Notes: generated from the sequence alone by a model not told the origin. DNA of 64,000 nt from Candidatus Bathyarchaeota archaeon (GCA_963772455.1 CAVYXJ010000010.1:192001-256000); one strand, 5' to 3'. Counted from the first letter of the stretch, positions 1 to 10,515 are shown. A program made the numbers and translations.

Positions 1-257
1 TATTTTATTTCATGTGGTGTAAGAAAAACTGGATGATACTTTTCATTGCTTAATAAATCAACAATTTGTTTTCTCTCTTCCACCTGTTTTTGATTAAGGT
101 AGATTCCTGGCCAACCAATCCAAAGGCTGTTGCCTAATTTGTGAATAGAATTAACACCAGTTGCCAATCCTCCTGTGGTAGGTTGAATCTGAAGTGTAGA
201 ATTCTTTTTATGTATTTGAATCGGTAACCTATTTGAAACAATCAAAATTCTATCCAT
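1..257 (-). CDS. otsA: Trehalose-6-phosphate synthase (GT20, possibly bifunctional TPS/TPP), 5' part; runs off the window
   Basis: Hand translation from ATG at 257: MDRILIVSNRLPIQIHKK...PTTGGLATGV...SLWIGWPG, with the classic GT20 N-terminal motifs VSNRLP, GGLA and WIGWPG. Not in the ORF track. Confidence 0.85.
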   Translation of the reverse strand, partial: MDRILIVSNRLPIQIHKKNSTLQIQPTTGGLATGVNSIHKLGNSLWIGWPGIYLNQKQVEERKQIVDLLSNEKYHPVFLTPHEIK

Positions 258-421
258 AAAAACTCGGCTCGGAATGATCATTAAAGTAAATTTTCTTGAA
301 TAAGTTTTGTGGCTAAACTTATTGAATAGTTAAAAGCCAGAAACTTGACAAACATTATTATCCGCGTGCAGTGATATTAATTTGTCGCAAGCGCGCCATC
401 GAATTTCTGAAGGTTATTTTT

Positions 422-1654
422 ATGTTACATGTAGAGCAACTTAGGAAAATCAGTCTTAACGATTATGTAGCAGTTGTTGGAGAAGAAGAAGTCAATTCGG
501 TTAAGGCTTTAGCCGAGAAACTGAAGGGAAAATCTGTTACACACGTCAATTCTACTGCTTACGGGGGCGGAGTAGCTGAAATGCTCCACAATCTGGTCCC
601 GTTAATGAAGGATGTAGGATTGGATGTTCACTGGGAAGTCATCAAAGGATCATTAGATTTTTTCAATGTAACCAAAAAAATTCATAATGCCCTCCAAGGA
701 ATGAACATAGAACTTACACCCGAAGAAATCAGAACATACCTGGAGTATAACAGACAAAACAGCGAATCGACAATATTGAATACTGATTTTGTAGTGATTC
801 ATGACAACCAGCCGGCTGCTATGATTCAGTTTCTTCCAGCAAGGAATGACAAATGGATTTGGCGATGCCACATAGACCTTTCAACTCCGAACACGTCAGT
901 TTGGGGTTTTCTTGAACCCTACATAAGTCGCTACGACGCAGCAATATTTACTTCCGAAAAATACGTCATCCCAAGTTTAAAGGTTCCAAAAATACTCATA
1001 AGACCGCCGTCAATTGACCCTTTAAGTGACAAGAACAAGGAAATTCCCGCAGAGACGGTTTCAGCGGTCTTAGAAAAGTTCGGTGTAAACCCTGAAAAAC
1101 CTATTATTACTCAGGTTGGGCGTTTTGACCCTTGGAAAGACCCCTTGGGAGTCATTGACGTTTACAGATTAGTGAAAAAGGAAATTCCTCAGGTTCAATT
1201 GCTACTCATCGCAGGCATGGCCACAGATGACCCTGAAGGATGGACTTACTTTGAGAAAACAGCCCGGCACGCAGGAGACGACAACGATGTTCACCTCTTA
1301 ACAGACCTTAAAGGCGTCAACGACATTGAAGTAAACGCTTTCCAAAATGCTTCGGACGTGATGCTTCAAATGTCCACTCGAGAAGGCTTCGGACTTACCG
1401 TAACTGAATCCCTATGGAAGGGCATTCCGGTAGTAGGAAGGCCTGTCGGAGGAATACCACTGCAAATAATCAACGGTACAAACGGTTACCTAGTGAATAC
1501 AGTGAACGAAGCAGCCGAAAAAACAATCCATCTGCTAAACCACAAAGAGGAAGCTCAACAGATGGGTGCAAAAGGCAAGGAACACGTCAAAAACAACTTC
1601 TTAATTGTTAATGATTTAAAAGATTACCTTAAACTTTTCATTGATCTCTTATAA
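422..1654 (+). CDS. treT: Trehalose glycosyltransferring synthase (GT4, TreT family)
   Basis: Motifs HVNSTAYGGGVAEML, WRCHID, GRFDPWKDP and EGFGLTVTESLWK. ATG at 422 preferred over GTG at 371. Confidence 0.85.
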   Translation: MLHVEQLRKISLNDYVAVVGEEEVNSVKALAEKLKGKSVTHVNSTAYGGGVAEMLHNLVPLMKDVGLDVHWEVIKGSLDFFNVTKKIHNALQGMNIELTPEEIRTYLEYNRQNSESTILNTDFVVIHDNQPAAMIQFLPARNDKWIWRCHIDLSTPNTSVWGFLEPYISRYDAAIFTSEKYVIPSLKVPKILIRPPSIDPLSDKNKEIPAETVSAVLEKFGVNPEKPIITQVGRFDPWKDPLGVIDVYRLVKKEIPQVQLLLIAGMATDDPEGWTYFEKTARHAGDDNDVHLLTDLKGVNDIEVNAFQNASDVMLQMSTREGFGLTVTESLWKGIPVVGRPVGGIPLQIINGTNGYLVNTVNEAAEKTIHLLNHKEEAQQMGAKGKEHVKNNFLIVNDLKDYLKLFIDLL

Positions 1655-1823
1655 TTTTGAAAATTTGGCAAAAATTCGGATAGATCGATTCAAACTGCAG
1701 AGAAATCAAACCCCAACGTATGCAATGTCTGATTGTACTTGACAATGAAAAAGGTTCATATTGAAAGTCAAAGATTTTGCTAAACCCTTTTATTGGAAAT
1801 ATTATTTTGGTATTCGTTAAGGT

Positions 1824-2009
1824 ATGAACATGGTAGAAATCAAAGTTAATGAAAAATGCAATGGATGCGAAACTTGCGTAAACGTCTGCCCAGTATGCGT
1901 TTATGAAATGAAAAATGGCAAATCTGTACCTGTTAGGGCCAGTGACTGTATAGTCTGCCGCACTTGCGAATCCTCATGTCCACAAGGCGCAATTCAAGTA
2001 ATAGAATAA
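1824..2009 (+). CDS. 2x[4Fe-4S] ferredoxin
   Basis: Two CxxCxxCxxxCP motifs (CNGCETCVNVCP, CIVCRTCESSCP) in 61 aa. Confidence 0.9.
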   Translation: MNMVEIKVNEKCNGCETCVNVCPVCVYEMKNGKSVPVRASDCIVCRTCESSCPQGAIQVIE

Positions 2010-2289
2010 GACTAAGATTTCAATTTCAAGTCTTTTTTTTGTCTATTAGTATGGTCTACTATTGAACATGTATAGTGGGAAAAAGCTCAAAAGGACCAGT
2101 GACCTCTCTGGCACTGATTGTAGAGCCTTTAGGAGTATAGCTACAAATTATCTCGTGCGTGAGCTTTCTAACTGTGGGTTGGCTGTTGACGTTGACAATA
2201 TCTAAAACGACTTTTTAGTTTTGATAGTAAAGTTTCTATATCAAATGAACTATCCCTATGCAATGGGCTATCGCGGGTAGTAGGTAATC

Positions 2290-2365
2290 GCGGTTGTAGT
2301 CTAGTTCGGTAGGACTGCAGCTTCCCAAGCTGTCGACTCGGGTTCAAATCCCGGCAACCGCACCA
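2290..2365 (+). tRNA. tRNA-Gly(CCC), with encoded CCA
   Basis: Acceptor stem GCGGTTG/CAACCGC, anticodon arm GCAGC-TT-CCC-AA-GCTGT, T-loop GGTTCAAATCC, discriminator A followed by CCA. Confidence 0.95.
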
Positions 2366-2421
2366 CCACAATTATCGGTAATGATTTGGGTTTGGGTCGC
2401 CTTTCTTTTTCCCATTTATTT

Positions 2422-2971
2422 TCATCTTGGAACCACTGTAACAAACTGTTCAGGTGATAGTTCCACAGTTGCGTAAACTGCTAGGGCTATGCTCCAGAAG
2501 ACATCGTCGTGTGTCCCATTGGGGTATGAGTAGCCTATATTGCCATCTTTACGTAAATCGTAACGTTCAACGTTTAACTCAGTGCATATGTCTCCTCGAT
2601 AGGGCTTTTCCCAACTTAGAGGCGGATAAAAAAACTTGTCATTCGACATTCGCTGTTTTAGCAAACTTGCTATTTCGCTTTTTCGGGGAACGCTAAAATT
2701 TACGCCTTCAGCGTTGTCTATGCCAGAATTTACCATTTCATTGATTATGCTTGGTCCTTCACGGGTGTAATCGACGCGGATTTTATCAAAACCGCCAAAA
2801 CGATCTTGAACCAACTTGATAAATCCCAATACATGCGCGTATGTGGTAGGTTGATGAAAAATCTTCAAGAACCGCAAATAAATCCTATCATTAAGGCTTT
2901 CCACAACGCTAAAAACGCAGTAATAGCGAGTTTGCGCAAGATTCTAAACCACCAAAGAACCTGCCCTCATA
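2422..2971 (-). pseudogene. Fragment of a viral terminase large subunit (C-terminal RNase H-like nuclease domain)
   Basis: ORF has VDYTREG, GVNFS..KSEIASLLKQ and HDDVFWSIALA. Upstream DNA reads EGRFFGGL-(frameshift)-LAQTRYYCVFSVVE, a degenerate GxDxAxxxD motif. No ATPase domain, and it lies next to the tRNA 3' end. Confidence 0.7.
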
Positions 2972-3143
2972 GACTTTTTAAGACAATGGTGGGCAAAGGT
3001 GCATTCTTTTTGAGTTTAGCCCTAAAGGTGTCAACATCAATAGGACAAGGCGCAGATGCAGAGCTAACAGTGGGATGATGGTCTATGATTGGAACCTGAA
3101 AGGTGATATGATCAGGGGGTGCATGGTCGATAATGGGTTCGGG

Positions 3144-3213
3144 AGTTGATGCAACTGATGCAATTGATGCAACTGATACAGCAGTGGTGGGGGAAACTGC
3201 TGCTGCATCAACT
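3144..3213. repeat. 9-bp tandem repeat (TGATGCAAY x3 plus one degenerate copy) inside a nested inverted repeat
   Basis: Copies at 3147, 3156, 3165 and 3174. AGTTGATGCA (3144-3153) is inverted to TGCATCAACT (3204-3213), with an inner CAGCAGT/ACTGCTG stem. Confidence 0.7.
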
Positions 3214-3258
3214 ACAGATAGAGAATTAATAATTCATTCTTGTTAAGCTGTTTGAAAG

Positions 3259-3450
3259 TTAAGTTTTTTCTTCTTTGTTTGAAGATAAAATTATTGTTAC
3301 TATTAAAGCTACAAAAACTAATGCTCCAACTGGAAGAAATACTCCAAACAGAATATCTCCAAGTGACTCAGCAAACACTATCATATAAACGGTAGCTATA
3401 ATGGCTACAGAAAACCAACAACTTACAATTGCTGCTGTCTTGAATTCCAT
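3259..3450 (-). CDS. Small two-TM membrane protein
   Basis: 63-aa ORF with two hydrophobic helices, ATG start and purine-rich SD-like sequence upstream. Confidence 0.6.
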   Translation of the reverse strand: MEFKTAAIVSCWFSVAIIATVYMIVFAESLGDILFGVFLPVGALVFVALIVTIILSSNKEEKT

Positions 3451-3620
3451 AAAACATTCCTAAACCTCTTTAGAATATCAGACTATTTATAGTTGGTTCT
3501 AGGTAAACAAACCACATTGGCTTAAGATATCGCTAATAATGTAGAGAATTTTATTCTAACGTGCATTCGTTTTATCCACAATAAAATAGATTGTTTCTGA
3601 TGATATTGGATGATGATCAC

Positions 3621-3821
3621 TTAATCTGCTTGCTTCTGTCCGCATTCTGGGCAAAAATGCATTGTAGAATCTATTCGAGTACGGCATTTAGGACATATTT
3701 TAAGAATAATCGGTTGATGTAGTAGTGTGCCGCAAAAGTTGCAGTAGTTAGAAATCGAAGCTACTTGAGACCTGCATTTTGGGCACTCAATAAATTGAGA
3801 ATTAGTTGGGACGGGCAACAT
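3621..3821 (-). CDS. Double zinc ribbon (DZR) protein
   Basis: Four CxxC knuckles (CPKC, CNFCG, CPKC, CPECG). Confidence 0.8.
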   Translation of the reverse strand: MLPVPTNSQFIECPKCRSQVASISNYCNFCGTLLHQPIILKICPKCRTRIDSTMHFCPECGQKQAD

Positions 3822-3874
3822 GATGAATGCAGAAAAAATCTTCTAACACCACACAATAAAGAGTGAATCGATGG

Positions 3875-6209
3875 TTATTTTAGGATTTTGAAAATGACGT
3901 ATCGGTCGTTTGAGTAGATTAGCTGTAAAAGTTTACTTTTAATCATTTGAGTGTCAAGTTTATTTCGATCGTAAACGATGAAGCCTATTTGGTTTTCTTG
4001 GATATAATCACGGAAACTTCGAGATGCCACAGTGAATGGGGCTGGTTCAAAATTGAATAATCCTTGCAATGTATCCTGCGAAAGTGTTGGAAAACTGTTT
4101 TTTGACATAGTTAGAACTTGGTAAGAACGCGAAACAGTTTGGTTCACGTTTAGGTCGTTGAATTGATATTGGAACCTGACTGCGTCAATCTGCCGATTTG
4201 CCAAAACGCCGATGTTTCCCCATTCGGGCAAATCATTAAATTTAAACGCAAAAGCCAAATCATCTTCGCTGTCATAGACTCCAATGTAATTATCTTTCAA
4301 GTTTGCATTTGCAAAGCTGGCTACAGCCCAGTCAGTTCCATCAGCGGTCTTTATCGGTGAAGGTGCATCCCATGGGTTAACCCAATCCAACAAACCAGGA
4401 ATTTGGACCTTGTCAAAGTGATACTTAAGATCAAAGAAAGTGCTCAAATAAAGTGAAGCATTCACGATTTCACTCTTTATTGGCGTTAGCATCCAAGATA
4501 CTTTAAGCGGATAACTTGTATTTTCAACAACCACCGTCTTTGTTAAAACAATAAAATCGTTAGAGTAAATATACTCAATCTTTTTTGGCATACTTTGCTC
4601 ATCAAAAATAAGTTGTTTACTCAAACTCGAGAGTTTAAGTTCATAATCTGTGCCATTTACGGTGTAGGCAAGTAAGTCTCCAGTGCCTGAAACAAAAGAA
4701 ATCCTGCTCCAAACCTGATCAATAGAAACATAGGTTTCTTCAGCAATGTCGCCTTTGGCCTCATAACCTCTAATTAGAGTATTTGGATGCTCAACTTCAT
4801 AAGACAGACTCAAAACTGACTCAGCAATTTCATTTCTCTGCACCGTATGATCTGTTTGCGCAATCACGCTCTTGCCTGAAAACTCTTGGAACCAAAAACC
4901 AGGAACCTCAGTCACAGTAACATTGCCATTAAATTCAGGGTAATTGGATCTTAACCAAACTCCAGCATCATACGCTTTCAAGTCTGTAGTAGAATAGAAA
5001 ACACTGGCTTCCATAATTTTTCCATAAACTATGTCGGAACGATAAACCACCATCACAGACAACAAAACAATTATGGAGACAGTGATTATTTTCACCCAGT
5101 TTTTCTTAAAAATCTGTCTTTTTCTAAGATAGTAAGCTGATACTTTATCAGACTATGAAAACAACGGAAATGCTTGCAAGAATCGCCATCAAAGGCGTCA
5201 AGTAATAGACAAACCAACTAAAAGGCATGTACAAACCAAAAAGATACGATTCAGCAAAGAAAAACGGCACAAAAAAACCAAGAAACAAAGTGACAAAGAG
5301 AATGAGTTTCTTCTGTTTCTTTAAAACATAATAAGAAACAAAAATACCGCCCAACGCCAAGAAAAATATAAAGCCAAAATTAATTATAAAAGCGTTAAAA
5401 CTTACAGCAGGAATCTGATACGCGTAGGCTTTTATTGCGAAAAACACGTATTCAATAACAATATCAAGATAACCAATCATGGCTTGAAAATAATAGAGGA
5501 AAAACGCTATTCCTCCACCTAAAATTAATGCCAAAACAACTTTTAGGTAAGCGCCTTTGGATTTTATTAACATAAAAATCAAAATCGGCGGCATTATGAA
5601 AATTGAGAGAAACGCTGCAAGCTGATGAGATAAAACAACTCCGAAAGCCGCAAAAAAAGTTACAACCAAGAATCCAAAACGCTCAACCGCCAAGGGTGTA
5701 TAGAGAAAAACCAAAACCATAAACGCCAAAGCTAAAACGGTAGTATAACCGCCGAATTGGTTAACCTCAAACATAGGAAAACACATCAACAATAAAACAG
5801 CAGCTACAGCCCCAACTCTTCTGTCAAAAAATCTTCTACCAATCAAATAGACAGAGAGAAACAATAGCCAATCAACTATTACTGCTAAAATTTTAACTAA
5901 AAAGATCATTTGACCAATGTCGGTTGCTCCTGTAAGAGAAACAAACATTGCAAGCACAATCTCATAGAGCGGCGGAGTCCAACCCAGATTAGCTAAAGGA
6001 ATTTTTCCAGTATTTAAAAAAATTTGTGCTTTTTCAAGGTGAACTGCAGGATCATTTCCTAAAACCACACCGTTCATTGATATGAGCACATAGAATATGG
6101 CAAAGATCAATGCAGAAAAAATCGCAACGAAAGCAAACTCGATTTTTTTCTCACTATACTTTGCACGCAAAGAGGCGATAATGCCAACTTGACTACTTGA
6201 GGTTCCCAT
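3875..6209 (-). CDS. GT-C fold membrane glycosyltransferase with a large extracytoplasmic C-terminal domain (one frameshift near 5150)
   Basis: ORFs 5148..6263 and 3875..5095 join across a single-base shift. GNDPAVH loop, many TM helices, and STT3-like AGVWLRSNYP...PGFWF segment. Confidence 0.65.
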
Positions 6210-8591
6210 TGACTTTAAAGATGGCGATTTCGTTGTTAATAACTTTGCTACTTTCCGCATCATTCATGTATACCAAGCTAAATGAGGGGTCTTTGAGGAA
6301 TTTGGGATACAAGTCTGGATATCGGCATGCAATGTATGAAACGTTATAGCTTTTTATTTCTGCTTTGTAATTGAAGACTTGCTCAAAATCTACGTTTTCT
6401 GTACTTTGATAAGAATTCAGGTTGAGAGCCAATTGATTGTTTAATAAACTGCTTTTTCTTGCTTGATCACGATAAATACTCAAGTCATCAGAAATTGAAT
6501 AAGCACTAGCCGAAATTTGCGTTTGCGCATGTTGTTTTCCTTCCAAGTTGTATTGTAATAGTATAATGCTGCAATGGATTTCCAAGAAATATAGGTCTTT
6601 CTCTGGTTGATTTGAAGTAAAGATTAATTGACCAATAACTTTGACATCTTCAGCCAACAAACCAATCGTCTTCGGGTCACCAATTGAAATTTATTCTTTT
6701 CCATTACTCTTTACGTTTACAATCAAGCCAATCCAAAACAACCCCAGGAACAGTAGAATCTATTGTCGTTGTTAAATTCACAAAACGTTGTCCCCTCATG
6801 GACAGTAGTTTGCTGAGTATAATTGAAGTATTCGTTGCCTCTGATAACTGTTGTAGTTGCCTCAAGAATGAGACTTTGATTGTAATCAGCAACTGTTGTT
6901 TTCATGCCCATCTCTTTTACTTCAAGAGCATCAAGATACACCGATTGATTGCAACGTTTCATTGAATTCCATTAATATGATACCTGATTTGGGTTTCATT
7001 GCTGCTAAAAATAAAGAAAGAATAGGGGTAATACGTCCAGTTAAGCGTCGCCAAAATCTCAGGATTATGCCTTACAAGGTATCCGCCATCTTCTCGAACT
7101 TGAACCAACCCATTATCAATCAAATAATCCGTATCGAGTAGGTTTCTGGCAAACAAGGTTTTGTTGTATTCATCATTATTCGTTAAATACTGTGGATCAA
7201 CAGCACTATAGGTGGGTCGCTGAGCAAAACCCGCCAAACCACCAACCATACAATGCGTCGGAGACAAAAGTTGCATCTGTAGGTGTATTGGTTTTTGCCC
7301 ATTGAATTGCTTCAAAACCCTGATCATCCATAGTTTGATAGAATTGCTGAATTGATTGTCCAGCATTATATACTGGACCCATAAAAATAGGCAATGCAAC
7401 AAAAGAGATGAGAAGGAAAAACAAAACAAACACTGAATAGATTCTCTTTTGCGTTAAAGATGATAAGAAACGTGTAATCCTTACATTGGTAACTTTGTCT
7501 GCTCTATTAACCAAAGGAATTAACTTGTTTACGACCTCTGCAAAAAAACCCGAACCATGCTCAATTAATACAGCTGTAAAAATAATTAATGGCAAAATTA
7601 GGTAGTATAGAAAACGGTTAGAATCAATCGGGAACCCCACCAAATAACTAAATGTCATCACTAAGGGCACAAAAAGCCACATGGACAAAACAAACGTTGG
7701 CAAAACAAGAAAACGCCCAAAATATTTTTTTGAGAAAACAAGAAATCCAGCAAGGACACCAAAAAGAGGTAACAATAATTCAATCGGCCACGTTTGGGTT
7801 GCAATAGTCGCTAAGTCAATTGTGTTTGGACTTGCAGGATCAACAGACAACGAAGAATTATGCGATAGATAAACAGGAACAGCTTGAATAATGAACGGAG
7901 CAACCAGGATAGCACCAAAAACAACTGGTAAAAGCCAATAGAACCCCGTTTTTCGAGTGGTTCCCAACCTTTTAGGCGTTATGAACACAAAAAGCACTGA
8001 GAAGAAGATTAAAGCAACAAAAACAGCTGCACTTAATGAATGCGTTAAAAATATTGAACTTGCAAAAATCGAACCAGTAACCAAGAAAGGTACTTTTGAA
8101 AAGCGCTCTCTTTGTACATACAAGTACAATGTCAAGGGGATTAACAGAAGTGTTATGACGTTTGGGTATCCCCCCCACATAAGCATTTCAATGTCGAAAC
8201 GCGAAATCGCCGCTAAAAAAGCAACGATGTAAGCTGCTGGCTCTGACCAAACAGATTTAGTGATCAAAAATGCAGCAAAAACAATCAATGAAGAAAACAA
8301 CGAAACAACTAATGTTTGGGCTATATAATCAGGTAAACCAGTCATCAATATTATACTCGAAGTAAAAATGTGGTATCCTGGAAAAGTAAGTGATATTCCT
8401 CCACCCATGTGAAAAAAATTATAGAAGAAATCAACGTTTCCATGACCAGTAATTGAGTAAATTACGCTATTATGTAAACCAATATCAGCGCCAGAAGGAA
8501 AACCATCCCACAGCATCAGAACCAAACGATAAATGAAGGAAAAAGTAAAGATTAACAACAATAAGAGATACTTTCTGTTTACTTTGAGCAT
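6193..8591 (-). CDS. GT-C fold membrane glycosyltransferase, paralog of the adjacent gene (several frameshifts in about 6660-7230)
   Basis: GADIGLH loop, WGGYPN, multi-TM, and AIQWAKTNTPTDATFVSDALYGWWFGGF. Consecutive ORF pieces continue to KVNGNLK* overlapping the next start. Confidence 0.65.
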
Positions 8592-8698
8592 TTACTTTCC
8601 TGCTTGGTCGCTTACTATGGACTTGTTGGTAAAAGGTTAAATATTGATTTCGAGTATAAAAAGCCCAGAGTATCTAAAAAGGAAAAAAAGGTGTTTAA

Positions 8699-9124
8699 AT
8701 GTCTTGGCTTAAATCTATGATGGAAAAAGAACCACCAGAACCAGAAAATCCAATCGGCATAGTCGTAATCGGTAACATCGAACCAGACATGCACGACACT
8801 GCAAAAGAAGCAGTCAGACGCTCACTAAAACGCGCAGGATTCAAAACAATTGACGTTGGAAAAAGTGTTTCACCACAAGTTTTCATTGACAAAGCAAAAG
8901 AAAACAATGCAAACTTGATTGCAATTTCAGTTAACACTGTTCCAGCAAAAAACAACATCGCAAAACTTGATGAACTCTTAAAAGCAGCAGGTCTCAAAGA
9001 CAAAGTCGGCATAATCATGGGCGGCGCAGCAGTCAAAAAAGAAGATGCAGACGCAATCGGTGCACTTTTCGGCAAGAACAAGGAAGAAGCTCCTGAACTT
9101 GCAAAGAAAGCATTGAAGAAATAA
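8699..9124 (+). CDS. Stand-alone cobalamin (corrinoid)-binding protein lacking the N-terminal cap domain
   Basis: B12-binding Rossmann motifs VIGNIEPDMHDTAK (DxHxxG variant), IAIS and IMGGA in 141 aa. Confidence 0.85.
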   Translation: MSWLKSMMEKEPPEPENPIGIVVIGNIEPDMHDTAKEAVRRSLKRAGFKTIDVGKSVSPQVFIDKAKENNANLIAISVNTVPAKNNIAKLDELLKAAGLKDKVGIIMGGAAVKKEDADAIGALFGKNKEEAPELAKKALKK

Positions 9125-9143
9125 ATCCATCAGATGTGGAAAA

Positions 9144-10055
9144 ATGTCCTTTAAATTCAATACCCCACAAAAAATATATGACCTCGCCGGAGCAAAAATA
9201 GGCGGTCAACCGGGAGAAAATCCAACCTTTTTGATCGGCTCCATCTTTTGGCTAGGCCAAAAAATGGTTACCGATGCAAACAAAGGAATTTTTGATGCTA
9301 AAGCAGCCGAACAAATCATTAACACATGCCAAACCCAAAGCGACATAACCGGAGTCAAATTTGCACTAGACATCGTCGGCACAACAGAATTAGCATTCGA
9401 AAAATACATCGACTTCGTACCGAAACACACTGATGCACCACTCATGCTAGATGCAATGAGTCCAAAGACCCGTATGGGCGCAGCAACATTAGCAAAAAAG
9501 ATGGGTCTAGCAGACAGATGCCTCTACAACTCCGTCTACAAAGGAGTTATGGATGCTGAACTTGCAAACCTAAAAGACAGTGGCATCAAGATGTCCATTG
9601 TTCTTGCTGACGATCCAAAAGACACTACACTAGAAGGCAAAATGAAAGTAATTGTTGAAGCACTCGCACTAGCAGACAAAGGCGGCATCACAAAACCCCT
9701 AATCGACACAGCCATCCCAGCATTCGAACCAGACATGGGCACAGCCGTCAGAACCATACCAATAATGAAAGAAAAGTACGGTCACCCTGTAGGCTTAGGC
9801 AGCGGAAACGTTGTCACAACCATGGGTTGGGTCAAAGCAAACGTCGCAAAAGAATTCCGCCCAGGATGCAGAACAGCAACAAACTCAATCATGCAAATGG
9901 CAGGCGCAAACTGGCTAATGATCGGTCCAGCAGAACAGGCAGAATGGGTATTCCCAGCAGTCGCAGTCACAGACACATACATCGCTTCAGCAGCCGGTGA
10001 CCTTGGAACAAGGCCTCTCGAAGAATCTCATCCAATCTACAAGATGTTCATGTAA
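9144..10055 (+). CDS. mtrH: MtrH/MtgA-family methyl-pterin:corrinoid methyltransferase
   Basis: N-terminal FKF...KIGGQPGENPTFLIGSIFW, LYNSV, LIDTA, GHPVGLGSGN and C-terminal HPIYKMF, all typical of the MtrH family. Confidence 0.85.
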   Translation: MSFKFNTPQKIYDLAGAKIGGQPGENPTFLIGSIFWLGQKMVTDANKGIFDAKAAEQIINTCQTQSDITGVKFALDIVGTTELAFEKYIDFVPKHTDAPLMLDAMSPKTRMGAATLAKKMGLADRCLYNSVYKGVMDAELANLKDSGIKMSIVLADDPKDTTLEGKMKVIVEALALADKGGITKPLIDTAIPAFEPDMGTAVRTIPIMKEKYGHPVGLGSGNVVTTMGWVKANVAKEFRPGCRTATNSIMQMAGANWLMIGPAEQAEWVFPAVAVTDTYIASAAGDLGTRPLEESHPIYKMFM

Positions 10056-10104
10056 AAATTTTCTTCCTTTATTTTTTATTTTTTTTAAATTTTGAGGTAA
10101 AAAT

Positions 10105-10515
10105 CTGAAACCAATAAACTGGTTTGAAATAATCTTAGGTTTTACAATTTTAACACTACTGACTGTCTATCTTACCCCAAACAATACAGATTTATCAATT
10201 ACCTTAGTTCCAAGATATATTCTAAGTTTTATTTTTATCTCTTTTTTACCAGGTTACTGCCTTGTAAACATTTTATTCTTAGGAAAAAACAGCATAGATC
10301 TTGTAGAACAATTAGTGTTGTCAGTTGCTCTAAGTTTTGGGTTAACAGGGTTGATAGGTTTATTCTTGGGGTTATCGCCTATCGGGATTAATTTTACTTC
10401 AATCACAGTTTCACTTAGCCTGTTAGTTCTAATTCTAGCAACAATTGCATTGATTAGAAAAAGAAGAGAATTATCAAGGTCTAATGTGCAGGTACCTGAG
10501 CAAGTAAGCGCCTGA
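10105..10515 (+). CDS. DUF1616-like membrane protein (apparent CTG start)
   Basis: Frame of ORF 10315..10515 stays open to CTG at 10105 behind a GAGGT SD. Contains RYILSFIFISFLPGYCLVNILF...DLVEQLVLSVALS. Confidence 0.6.
   Translation: MKPINWFEIILGFTILTLLTVYLTPNNTDLSITLVPRYILSFIFISFLPGYCLVNILFLGKNSIDLVEQLVLSVALSFGLTGLIGLFLGLSPIGINFTSITVSLSLLVLILATIALIRKRRELSRSNVQVPEQVSA

Noticed and set aside
2168-2371. 67-aa minus-strand ORF
   Set aside because: It is the antisense shadow of tRNA-Gly.
3075-3222. In-frame TGA-TGC-AAY repeats on the plus strand resembling a selenocysteine-rich peptide (UCN repeats)
   Set aside because: They are simply one reading of the 9-bp repeat. No SECIS-like element or Sec machinery is visible, and other frames read equally well.
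9144-10055. Methanogenic Mtr complex
   Set aside because: Only an MtrH homolog is present, with no mtrA-G or mcr genes in the window.
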